A DNA stretch of 64,000 bases from Thalia democratica (GCA_965202585.1 OZ241832.1:6324001-6388000), one strand, 5' to 3'. Counted from the first letter of the stretch, positions 1 through 11,352 are shown. The notes: generated by a model from the letters alone, not told the origin. Numbers and translations are program-made.

Positions 1-418
1 TCTTAATATAATAGATGTTTTATCTTCAATTATTAGAAAGTTATTTGCTTAAAAAGATAGTTTATAAACATAACTTAAGTTTATTTTACATAAGTAGCAA
101 TAACCTAAAAAATTATATAAAAAAGAGACTGCCTCATTATGACGCAACAATATGGTAAAACAAAATAAAAAAAAATTAAGGATTTAATGTTGAAAAATAG
201 CAGAAAAAGAAAAGTTCGTATAATTGATGCAAATGATTTTTTAAATTTCCTAACTTTAAGTGGACAAATTAAGAAGAAAATGTTTAATGTATAAGTAGCA
301 TAAATTTGAAACAAGTGGCTCATTAGTAATTTATATCTGTTATCTTTCATACAACTTGATAGTTTAATAAGTCTGTCATATGTTTTCGTTAAGTGAAAAT
401 TAAATTCAGTCATGTATT

Positions 419-470
419 AGTCATGACTTAAAAGTACTAGCACATTTTCTCGTACATCCAAGTCATAACT
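419..470. other. Imperfect inverted repeat (hairpin H1)
   Basis: AGTCATGACTT (419-429) pairs with AAGTCATAACT (460-470) at 10/11 positions, with an inner GTAC/GTAC pairing. Retained in every array unit. Confidence 0.65.
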
Positions 471-507
471 CAAAAAGGTGCCGACCAGCAGAGTAACCGG
501 GCCTAAA

Positions 508-611
508 GGACAAGAATTAAAAAAAAACAAAGGGCAGGCCGGGAGATGACAGGTGCGAAGCACCGTGTCATCGACCGGCCGTAGCCCTTTGTTTTTTTTT
601 AATTCTTGTCC
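508..611. other. 104-nt near-perfect palindrome with GCGAAGC apex (hairpin H2)
   Basis: 28-bp perfect outer stem GGACAAGAATT-A9-CAAAGGGC / GCCCTTTG-T9-AATTCTTGTCC, then GGCCGG/CCGGCC, a GA/GA internal loop, GATGACA/TGTCATC, GGTGC/GCACC and a GAA loop. Confidence 0.95.
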
Positions 612-898
612 GCTACCTAAAACTTACTTTTCAAACTCATCAATATAAAACCACTCAGTCAATAACTAAAAAACTATCAACCGATATTACCGTCAGGCCT
701 TTAATGGTCATACATCAATAAGTTAGATAACATAAGCTCAAGGTTGTTTAAAAGATAACAGATAAAGACCGTACAAATATAACGCAAAAACGTACATTTG
801 TTTGGCAGTTACGCTACTCACGGTCCATTTGACAGAAAAAGGTGGCCTTCAAGAAAAAAGGCCGCGAAGAAAAAGAGAGAAGGAAAAAGTGAAAATTT

Positions 899-921
899 TT
901 TCGCCGGCGGAGCCGGCGAAA
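899..921. other. Perfect 10-bp GC-rich hairpin with GGA triloop (H3)
   Basis: TTTCGCCGGC-GGA-GCCGGCGAAA; identical at 58127-58149. Confidence 0.9.
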
Positions 922-964
922 TGCCTTAAAAAATTATTTTAAATAATATACATCAAAAAATTCC

Positions 965-1010
965 CACCCATTTTCACATTAGGGGAATCCCCAATTTGAA
1001 AAAATGGGTG
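965..1010. other. Imperfect hairpin (H4)
   Basis: CACCCATTTT/AAAATGGGTG outer stem and GGGG-AAT-CCCC apex; largely retained in copy 2 (about 58194-58241). Confidence 0.7.
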
Positions 1011-1020
1011 ACAGGGCTTT

Positions 1021-1215
1021 GAAATTTAGTGCGCACCTTACGCGGATGCGTACTTCTTAAAAATTACCTCTACTGTAACAGGGAATGAGTAATAAAAAAT
1101 TTAGTGCGTACCTTACGCAAATGCGTACTTCTTAAAAACAACCTTTACTTGTAACAGGGAATGTATATTAAAAAAATTAGTGCGTACTTTATGCGGGTGC
1201 GTACCTTATGCGCTT
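1021..1215. repeat. About 75-76 bp tandem repeat, about 2.5 copies, carrying paired RTGCGYAC motifs
   Basis: TTAGTGCG recurs at 1026, 1101 and 1177. Six RTGCGYAC motifs occur as pairs 17 nt apart. Confidence 0.9.
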
Positions 1216-4200
1216 AATATGGTTTAGAGCCTAAATTAAATGAAATTGGTTCAGCCATCAACCTCGTTGGTCACCTATTGTTTTACATATACACAGAAAA
1301 CATTTCATAGATCTAACTGATGTACTTCTTAATGACAGAAAATGAACCAAATAAAAAGATTACTATCAAAAACAAGTTCTTTAAATGTTTACATGGACAA
1401 ATCTGTTTATATGATTGAACTGTGTTCTATGTACATTGAAACAATAGGCGCTTAACTTGCTTGTGTAAATTAACTTTACTTGGTAATCTTTTCAAAACAT
1501 TATAAACTTTATTTAATCAAAAATAAGTATGCACTTGAGATTTTGATTTAGATATTCTTGTCAAAAACTATATTTAAATTGTCACACACTGTTTATAGCT
1601 TTATTTAAATTCAATTTTAAACTGTTCCTACTACAAGATATCATACTACTGTATTTTACATAATAACTTGACTAATTAACAAACAATTATCTCTTTATCT
1701 ACTAAAACATATGCTTTTTATGCACTGTTACTAGAACTACTCACTGGTGTATTTTATTAACTTTATATTTTTACTAATAGACTTAAAATTAGACTGTCTA
1801 GTGCATTAATCATTGAATTTAGACAGCTTATTAAGTTTACATATAAACTAAAGGTGTTTACTATTTTGAATTCATCAATACATTGTTACAAACTAAAACA
1901 ATTAAACCATACTACTCTATGTGACTGATTTTCCTGTTATTCATTTCAAAATTTGTTTTAAAACTACCTGCATCATTTAAAACCTTTATGTCTGTATTAA
2001 CCTGATAAAACAAATAACTTTTATACTATTCCCAAAATTTAGTCTTAACACAAGTACTTTGAGTTTTTAACTACATTTAGTGTTGTTTCATTAGCATTAA
2101 ACCTTTTGATCTTTTAACAAATGATTTATCTTTGACACATACATAGAAAACAGTACAGCAAGTTTTTGATAAAAGCTTGTTAGTGCACTTATATGAACAA
2201 AAGAAATTGTTGATAGATAAAAGACTAGAAAGAAGTTAGTGATAGAAGAACAGAAAAATTTTAAACAAAAGTATACTTCATACACATATGCACTAACAAC
2301 CTTTAAGTTTTGCTTGCTGTGAACTGCTTTGTAAGTATATATGAATGCAAACTTAAAATTTGGAACATTTTTCCATTTTCTTTTACTAAAAAACCTATTC
2401 CTGATATGGTTTAATTGGTTTCTTTTGTAAACAATTCAATAAAACAGTTAGTTTTTGAAACTAGTAGAGAAGTACTACAATTTTGTTTTAAAATCGCTAT
2501 TGCTACTTATCTTACATGCGCATTTTAAAATGTACTTCTTATTGCAAATGATTAATCTAAAAATTTGTAAACTACATTTATACGATCTGAATTTAAATTT
2601 TATGTTGTATACTTACTTCTACACTTAGCTTAGCTTGTTGTCTATTTGGGCTTCATTCATGAATACAATACATCTTTATACAATCTTACAAAATTAAACA
2701 CAAGTGTTGCTCTTTGCTACTTTTTAATGATCTTATTCACATTTGAGTCTAATTTAAGTTAACTGTTAAGGTAGCCTATTAATTTTAGGAGAATGAAGCC
2801 CAAGTACAATGATATGTTTATGATATGTAACATTTGGTCATTATAAACCAAGGTTACCAATCTTTGAATAGAAAATGCTTGTCTGAATTATTTGTGTAAA
2901 ATTTACAAAAAAAGTGTTAACATATAAAAGCTTAACAAGTTTGAAGTTATTCAGGCCTGAGTACTCAAAGATTTACAATGCTAACAAAGGGTCTCAATTA
3001 ACAAACAAAAATTTAATGACAACAAAGGGTTTAAAGTTTACTTGTTTTTACTACTAAATACCTAACTAGTCTGATTGGTAACCCTGGCGAAAACAATTAG
3101 TTAATTCTGGAAGTATTTTATCTAATACATCAAACTAACCTCAACAACTGCTACTGTAGTAGGTACTCCCCATCCAATTGGAACCATGTTAATAATAGTG
3201 TTTTCCATTTATAAAACTTAACATGAAGAAAAAAATAACAGTTACAACTTATAAAGATACAACCTTTGAAACAAACTGAGAAGTTTTAAGATTTTGCAAA
3301 GGCTTAGAGAACTAGTTTTTTTGCTCAGCTTACTTTACAATGATGTTTCAATCTTAACTTTTGGCAAAAACTATACAGATTGCAAGAGATGCTAGTTTTT
3401 AAAGCCTCTTGGTTTCATTCTAGCATCATGTAAGTGCATTCAGACTAATTGACTTTTCTGAACATGTCATGCTAGTTTGTATTAAAGATTTTCACAAATT
3501 TTAGACTAAAGACTGTTTTTGTGACTAAGATTGTTTAATTAATATGCTTAATGAAAATAAGAATATAAAATTAAGAGCTTTGTCAAAGGTTTTGCAAAAG
3601 ATATATATAAAATAAATTATCAACAAATACTTCAAAGACTGTTGATTCTAAACTAGATCAACACACTTCTTAAACTTAATCAGTAAGTACAAAGAAATTA
3701 ATGTTTTAGAAGATAATATGAAAAATAACCATCAATTATAACATTTATATTAAACAATATTGACAGTTAATAGATGAAGTACTTTGTTTAGTGTACTCAA
3801 ACTGCACAATGAAAGAAAGAAAGAAAAATTAAGTCCAGAGCCTAGAGCTCCTTCTTCTACAACTACTTTTATCAAATGAGTTTGCCCAGGCAAAAATTTT
3901 TTCTACAAAATGCTATCTTGTTGTGATGTCACATTAAAATGTAAGATTTTCCAGAATTCTTAAAAAACTACAAATCGAAACACTATCTGAGCATAGCAGA
4001 GCGATTTTTGACATTTTCGAACACAAAGTATTATTTATTTGACGTAGTGCTAAACATTACTTTATTTTTTCACTTGTAAAAGCTAAAACTACTTGTTTAA
4101 ATTGTTTAAACCTTATTTTAATTTGACGGTTCTTTTATTTATTCTTTTTATAGTTTTTTTTTTTCTTAAGTTTTAGTTTTTTTACTGTAAGAGTGATGCT

Positions 4201-6684
4201 TGGTTAAACATATTATTTAAAATTAAGGTTAAAAAAATCATTATGATCATATAAACTACAATCGACAACATTTAAATAGTATATAAAACAAGTATTTAAC
4301 TCTAAATTACACAAAACTGCTTTTAATTTATTTTAAAATTGTTTTTCACTTAATAGTTTGTTCAAGATGAATTATGTGTATTTTAGAAACCTTTATACAT
4401 CAGTTTATAGCACTACATATAAAGCTTTGTAAACTCATTTTAGTTAAATTTTAGTTTAAAAAGTTTTGCCATGTTTGCCAAAAACTACAGAGTTTTCGTA
4501 GTCATTGATAAAACAACTTGTTCAACTTTAAATTTGAAGCAAATAGATAAAAAACCATATTGTGCATAGTGATTGAAAGCTTAACAAAGACACTGTAATA
4601 ATAACATTTATGAATGACTGAAAAAAACTTTGCTTGTATTGATTATAGCAAAAAAATCCATATGTCACATCAAGAAAAAAAAACAGTTTAATAATCTATG
4701 ATTCCCACTCACAAAATTGTTAGCATGTTCACTGTTTTGAACCTTACATGTTAAATAAAAGTTGATCATGCCATTTCAATGCTTAATGTTTTTTTTTACT
4801 ATGAAGCATAAAGAAATCCTTACTTAAACAATACCTTCATTGTATTAAGATCTTTTAATTATTTTCAAATAAATAAGCAATAGGTAAGATGTCAAGTGTA
4901 TTCACTGACTTGATTTCTTTTTTGTCTTAAGTACTAATTTATTACACTAGCATTAAATGTAATACTGCTTTTTATTAATTTACTTAATAAATAATGACAC
5001 ATAAATCATTGATAAGTTCCTGAAACTAATGATCTCTGTTAAACTGTTAAACTAATGATCTCAACATACAACTTTGTTTTTTTTACAGTATAGTCTTAAG
5101 TTAAAAATATATTGTTACAATGAAAATATGATCAACTGTTGTTATAATTGAACAATGAGTTTCAAGCAGCTTTAAGCCACAAGGAAGATGGTAGCAAAAC
5201 TGATCAGTTTAAATTATCCTCAAGTAAGTTGAATGTATTTAACTAAAAGATTAATGTTTACTAAACAAGTATTTTCAATAGACTGCTGTAAAATTCTCAT
5301 GTAGCTAGAATAAGTTAATATTTAAAACTTTTATTTTTTTGGAAAGTTTTAATTGTGTTCTTTTTTATAACTTCCAACAATAGACTAAAGTAGTAGTTGA
5401 AAAATTTGCAAAATTTAATTTTTCAAATGTTTTTATATCAAATAATTTGTTCTAAAACAGGTGTACAGTCTTGCAGATTTAACAAGCAAAAGAAAAACTA
5501 AACTTACCAAACCAAGCTATGAAAAAGAACAGCTGATCAACATCATTTAGTTTCAATGAAAACCTTATCCCAAAATAACCTTTGCAATGGTTAGTTTCAA
5601 GTATAAACCTAATAAGTTTGAAAGCTCTAAACAAAAAAGATTTAATAAAAATTTATTCCAATGTCTTAATAGTATAACTTGAAAGTTTACTTTAAAGTTA
5701 TTTCACAGAACATTACATTAACTTAAAACTACTTAAAGTTCCTTTGAAAATGTCTGTATCTCACAAACTAGTAAATGTAAATTTTTTAAATAATTTTGAT
5801 TTGGTGTAAAACACATCACTGCAAAGAAAATTTTAATTTTAGACAGTACTCTTAGAAATTTTTTTAATTCAAATAAGTTTAAACTTTATACAAAGGTTAT
5901 ATTAGTTTCTATAAAATTTAGTATACAACTATAACCTAATCTAGTTCAACAAAAAAAAATTGCCTCAATTTTTTCTATATTTGTTGGTTATATTTAAAGT
6001 TAATTGAGTTTAGATAGTGAAACTGATTCTTTTACAAAATAACAGCTTTAAATAAACTTTTTCAAAACTAGACTAGTTTTGTGATTTATGTTAGATTTTT
6101 TTGCTAGTTCCTAAATGCATTTAACTATTTAATATTTTGTCTGTTAATTTACATTGCATTAGACTTGGTTTTTATGCAAACCTCTTTTGCACAGTATTCA
6201 AGAAACTAAACTCAGATTTAGACTAGCTTGTAACATACATGATTTCTACAACTATGAAATGATCAAAAGAAAAATAAATACGTTGTAAGTATATTCAAAT
6301 AGGTATTTTGTACAATATCAAATGTTTAATAAAAATAAATTATAATTTGTCTTAAGTAGTGTGGGTAATTTCTGTTGTTTGTACTATATATTAAAAAACA
6401 TTTCAATCCTACTTTTAGATGCTACTCTTGTAGAAAATAAAAGTCTGGCCATCTGATAAAAATATGTGCTAAAAAATATTTACAATCAAAACACAACAAC
6501 ATTTTCTGAAAGAATTCTGCAATTATTCTAAAGTTAGTTTTTGAAATACACACTTAAAGATTGTTGTTTAAAGTAAATACAAAAATACTTACTACTTTAG
6601 GAGCTTTTATAACTTCATATGTATTTTTCTTAACTTTCTTATAAATAAAAACAAAATAAAAGTCTTAATCTAGCAAATTTTCAG

Positions 6685-6877
6685 GCAACACAAATCAAGT
6701 GTGAAAGTGAATTTGAGTGGGCATGGGGAAATGCAGTCCAAGATGTTCTGTGAACGACCATGCACTTGATTGCAGTGATGGAGTAGTGACCTACGTATCA
6801 ATTCGAAAGACCAAAGCCATCTTGGAAGATTGGAAGTTGAACTGAAGGACAAATTATTAAATGATCAACTCAATAAA
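6685..6877 (+). other. Candidate terminal exon (unknown product)
   Basis: TTTTCAG acceptor, locally higher GC, 22 codons (ATQIKCESEFEWAWGNAVQDVL) to TGA at 6751-6753, AATAAA at 6872. The 100 nt comparable with copy 2 (63901-64000) are identical. Confidence 0.3.
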
Positions 6878-8495
6878 TAGAGTTTGCATAATATGAACAG
6901 AACTTTTTTCATTTATTTATAAGCAGTAGGCTAGTATTTATTTTTCATCTCAGTAGGTATTTGTATGTTTTTGAGTGTTTTAATTGGATCAGTCTAGTTT
7001 ATAGAAAGTTTTAATATGTTTTTTTCTCTGTTTACAGTTTGTTAGTGTATCAGTAAACAATTTCATTCAATAGTCTACATTTCATCTGTGTAAATAAAAT
7101 TATAAATTTCTATATAAATTTTTGCTAGAGAAAAAGAAAGATAAATATATAAATCATAAGCTGAAACTACTGATAAAATTTCAAACTAGTAATAGGTAGA
7201 CTTATTTTATGATTACTATTGTTTTTTATTTTTTTAATTTAATTTTTATTTATTAACCATTACAAGTGTTTCTTTGTGATTGTTTATTTTGTTATTTAGT
7301 TTTAGTTAAACTCCTATTTTTAGATATTTACACAAATTTGAAAAAATAAACTGATAGTTTTAATTGAAAGGATATATTTATTTTATACTTTTTGTTTAGT
7401 TTAGTGAAACTCTTTTGTTTTTTTTGGATACAGCTTTGTTTTGCTTTTTTATTTAATTTTTAAATATTGCAGCTTGATTTTTTTTTTAATGTTATAGCGC
7501 TCTATTTTATTGTTACTTATTTTAACAAGTTGAAATAAGTTAATAGTTGAATCCAAATTGTTAAACGAACTTTTTAAAACTTCCACTTTTTTTTTGTTCA
7601 AGCCATATAAAAGGTTATACTGTTTGCTAAAGTTATTGATAAATTTTAAAGTTAGAAACATTTCAGATTGTAACTTTACCTTCTAACGTAGAATTCAATA
7701 TATACATTATGAGTGTATAATGGTAGATACGATTATATGAAACTTATTATTGATTTGGATATTTTGTTTACAAAAATATTTAATGTTGCAAAGTTTCATA
7801 GATGTTTTCGTTTTAGAGTTTAAACTTTGACTGTAAAGTTTTTTCTTTCAGTTTTTATCTAATTATAATTTTGATTAAAGTTGGGTATGGAACTCGATGA
7901 CCGAGAGGTCTTTTTTGTGTATCCAGGTCCTTTAACCAAAAAATTATAAACAGTTTTTCGTTTTGTATTTTTTTTTGTATTGAATTTTGTACCATTTATT
8001 TTTATTTTAAAATCAAACTTTACTAGGGTTTTTTGCTAACTGTAGTATGAAATAATTTACACTTAACTACTACTTAACAACTAACTAAAACTTAAAAAAA
8101 TATTTTTAATAAGTTTTAAATTATAACCAGTAAGCAGGAAAGACTTTGAAATAAAAGTTAGTATAAAAAAACATACAAATAACTTTTTTTAAATAGTTTT
8201 CATTAGAAAGTTTAAGAGCATGTTTCACACTTGTCATATTTATTTTAAATAGGTAAAAGTATCATTATAAAAATTAGTTATAGTTAGAAAAAAAAACTGT
8301 TCAGTTAAGTTACAACTTAACTTAAAACACTTTATATTTTTCTACACATTTAACCATAATTAAGTTTATGTTTATTATAAGTTTGACTAGTGTAATTATG
8401 TTACTATTACAACTTATTATTTAATTTATATTATTTTTAAGTATCTAGTTTTTAAAACAAGTTGCAATATAAAACGGCAGGTCTGCTCGTAAGTA

Positions 8496-8821
8496 CAGAC
8501 TAGCCACTAGATTTTATGAATTTTTCAAAAATTTTGAAAGTACACATTTATTGGTCTATTTTAAATTCAAAATTAAGTTTAAGTTCAAATACTGTGTTTA
8601 ATGCTATTTTAAATGAGTTTTTAAATGTGAAAAATTTTGAGACAAAAAATATTATAGATTTTTTATGTCAAGTCAAAATTTTACTACTTAACATGTAATA
8701 ATGTTTAAAATTCATGGTTTTTTAGTAATTTTTGTTCAAATTTTCTCAGGTTCAAGATTTTTTTTACCTAAATTAACAGAATCCAGGTTTTTCCAGGATT
8801 CAAAGTTAAGTCGCCACCTTG
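8496..8821. mobile_element. Degenerate MITE copy (CAGGGTTGCCA-end family)
   Basis: Internal sequence resembles 20234-20515 (TTGGTCTATTTT...AAAATTAAGTTTAAG, CTACTTAACATGTAA). Degenerate ends CAGACTAGCCA and TCGCCACCTTG. Confidence 0.6.
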
Positions 8822-9379
8822 TATGTATTATATTTAGTCAGGGCTTAACTAGTGTATTTGGAAGTGGTATTCATTGTTGATCATTTAACTTTATGTTAAT
8901 CGAGATTTTCTCACACAACTTATTAATCAATGCTTTGCTCTGATTAACTTTCGTTTATGTTTTTATTAAGTTTACTCCAAGATAGCTTTATTCAATATAT
9001 TAGTTCAAAGTTCTAACTTTTTCAAATTGCAAATTTATTTTAATTAAAAACTACTTCAATAATGTTTAATGCGTCAGTGAAAAGTATAAGAATAATACAA
9101 GGTTCACATATACTCATTTTCATAAACTCCCCCTCGGCAACAAGTTTAAAAATGTTAGCTCTTTTACTAGTTATTTACTTTTTTAATATTCATCCAATCA
9201 CCATTTAGTGTTGCCTGATGATTAAAATAAACCAAGAGGGTTATAAAATCTGTTTCAGGAAACTCTGAAAAAGCTAGCGAGCTCAACGAACATTTTCATA
9301 TATAAACTTTATTGTCTTAATTAACTAAACTTTGTTTTCTCTTTAACATTTAAATCTACAGAAAGTGCTACCATAGACA

Positions 9380-9600
9380 AGGACATACTTTTGCCAAATT
9401 TAAATTTTAACGCGATTTTCTAAATAGCGTTAAGGATTTAAATATGCAAAATTATAATGTAATCATTGATATCAAAATCAATTTAGCAATATATCATTCG
9501 TTGAAAATCTTCAAGCTATAATATTTAACTAAAGTTTCTATGAATTTAATTGAGCGATGTTTTCCAACGATTGCTTATTTTAACAAATTTCACAGTTCAT
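9380..9600 (+). pseudogene. Highly degenerate BTB-end/BACK-start relic upstream of Kelch gene 1
   Basis: Translates with stops as ...INLAIYHSLKIFKL*YLTKVSMNLIERCFPTIA..., matching KNCLVTHCSSNIFKLSNSSKNSMNLIERCFPMAS of the downstream paralog. Confidence 0.65.
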
Positions 9601-9956
9601 AGTTGTAATTTTTCCGAACCCAGAGACAGTTTTTTTATTAAGAATTTTGCTAAACAACCAAGGTGTTCATTGCATTATAAAATATGTTTATTTGTAAGCT
9701 TTATTAAACATATTTTTGTCATCTGCCGCTAGGCAAAAGTCAAAAAATAATTGCTCCGTTATCAGACATAGCCTTTTTTAGAGAAAACTACTTATTTAAT
9801 TTCCTCTTTGCTAGACAGTTATCCTGATAACAAAAACTGACGCAAAAGGGTCGTTGCCTGATAAAGCTAGAGAAATTTTTATAAGTTTGTATGTCTAGAT
9901 AACATAATACTGTATTTTGAAATGTTTACATTTTAATCTTTACAGGAAACTTCAAT

Positions 9957-11352
9957 ATGGACGAGAACGAACTTGTGATGTCAATGAAACTGAACAAGAT
10001 TTTACTTAACGAAATTGAAGATAATAAAATAAACAAAACTATGATGTCCAAAACCGATGTAAAAAATTGTTTAGTAGCATATTCCTCTTCTACTATTTTC
10101 AAGCTGTTAAATTCATCTAAAGCTTCCATGAGCCTTATAAAACGCTGTTTCCAATGATTAGTGATTCAGACAATTTTTTGGAGTTAGATTTTATCTCTAT
10201 TACAATTATACTTTCACGCAGTGCTTTAAACATTGATTCAGAACTGCAAGTATTTAATGCACTTCATAGCTGGATATGTCATGACATAACTGAACGTAGG
10301 AAGTATGCGAAACAACTTTTATCTAAGGTTCGGCTTCCGCTTCTGTCTATTCCTGCATTAAAGCAAATTTTAGACAGAGTATCATCAAATTATTATGAAT
10401 GTAGTAACTTAATCGAAGCTGTATTAAACAGAAAAAAGCTGTTAAACTCAAACATATGTAATATCACAAGCAGGTACTTCAACCAAACTAATTTTAACAT
10501 ATTACTGTGTGGGGGCAAAAATGTTAACCTAAATAAAGTTTCTAATGATGTTAAGTTATTTAATGCAAACAACTTTAGGGAGGTCAATTATTTGCCACAC
10601 ATGAAAGAAGCCAGATGCAATTTCGGAGCAGTTTGTATAAAAAGTGAAATTTATGTGTTCGGTGGCATTGATTCTTCTTTAGAACCAAAAATGTCAGTTG
10701 AAAAATACTCAACTGTTACCAATACTTGGGAACAAATAGTTAACATGGTAGATGATCGCATCTTGTTTTCTGCTTGTTCTTTTATGGATAATGTTTATAT
10801 CCTTGGCGGCCGTATAAATAGTGCTATAGGAATCCACGAAACAGCAACTTGTTTTCAGTTTAATGTAACTAGTCTGAAATGGAAAGACGTATTAAGAATA
10901 AACAACGCAAGAATATTTTCAGCTTCTCGTTATTTAAAGAAAGAATAGTTGTATCTGGTGGAAGGTATAGTGATGATAGTTTAAACACTGTTGAAGCTTA
11001 TGACCCTGTTGGAGATACTTGGAAAAACATGCCAAATATGATTAATGAAAGAGATGGTCACAAATCAGTTGCAGTAAAAAACAAATTGTTTGTAATTGGC
11101 GGATCTTTTACAAACAATTGTGAAGTTTTTGATTCAACCATTAATAGGTTTACTCTATTAAAACAGCCTACATTAGATTCTGGGTTTAACTTATATGACC
11201 CTTCTGGAGTGATTACAATTGGCAGTAAGATTTTTGTTTTTCAGATTAACAGTGATGTCAAAACCTACGATATTATTAACAATGAATGGTCAAAAAAAAA
11301 ATTTGAATCAACAGAAAGTATAGAATTTTTTTCTTTGGTGAAATGTTTCTGA
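9957..11352 (+). pseudogene. Kelch-like protein (BACK + about 6 Kelch blades), paralog 1, two frameshifts
   Basis: ORFs 9957-10157, 10154-10948 and 10879-11352 join into one protein. BACK motifs (NFLELDF, ELQVFNA..W, LLSKVRLPLLS) and Kelch GG motifs (IYVFGG, VYILGG, IVVSGG, LFVIGG) are present. Frameshifts at about 10150 (T3 vs T4 in paralog 3) and about 10930. Confidence 0.85.

Larger units (their letters stand above)
38..6764. repeat. Large dispersed repeat / segmental duplication, copy 1 (right end lies beyond what can be compared)
   Basis: Colinear with 57201-64000 at an offset of about 57230 (hairpin GGTGC at 552 vs 57781; 6764 vs 64000). Roughly 90% identical by eye with small indels. 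No long ORF. Confidence 0.95.

Noticed and set aside
105-413. Minus-strand ORFs in the repeat head (also 24569-24805, 43415-43600, 43425-43619)
   Set aside because: Low-complexity F/L/I/K-rich translations; the frames are not preserved among repeat copies (43425-43619 exists only because of a one-base indel).
508-611. Bacterial bidirectional intrinsic terminator or REP (GTAG-foot) sequence
   Set aside because: The A9-hairpin-T9 layout and a GTAG at the stem foot look similar, but the context is animal DNA with no bacterial genes or RAYT/TnpA ORF.
2097-2285. ORFs in the large repeat body (2097-2285, 59401-59643, 62693-62902)
   Set aside because: Short, with starts and stops not conserved between copies, and no recognisable domain.
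3140-3190. Minus-strand MVPIGWGVPTTVAVVE, resembling the TM4 GWGxP motif of class B/adhesion GPCRs, followed by a GTTAGT donor
   Set aside because: Only about 16 residues. The upstream frame differs between the two copies, plus-strand frames are equally open, and no other TM exons could be chained convincingly.
7880-7935. GACC-GAGA-GGTC mini-hairpin / short coding-like island
   Set aside because: A four-bp stem and about 20 codons are expected by chance; there is no second copy to test conservation.
7000-8400. T-rich low-complexity tract and ORF 7449-7661
   Set aside because: Compositional bias only; no periodicity or domain seen.
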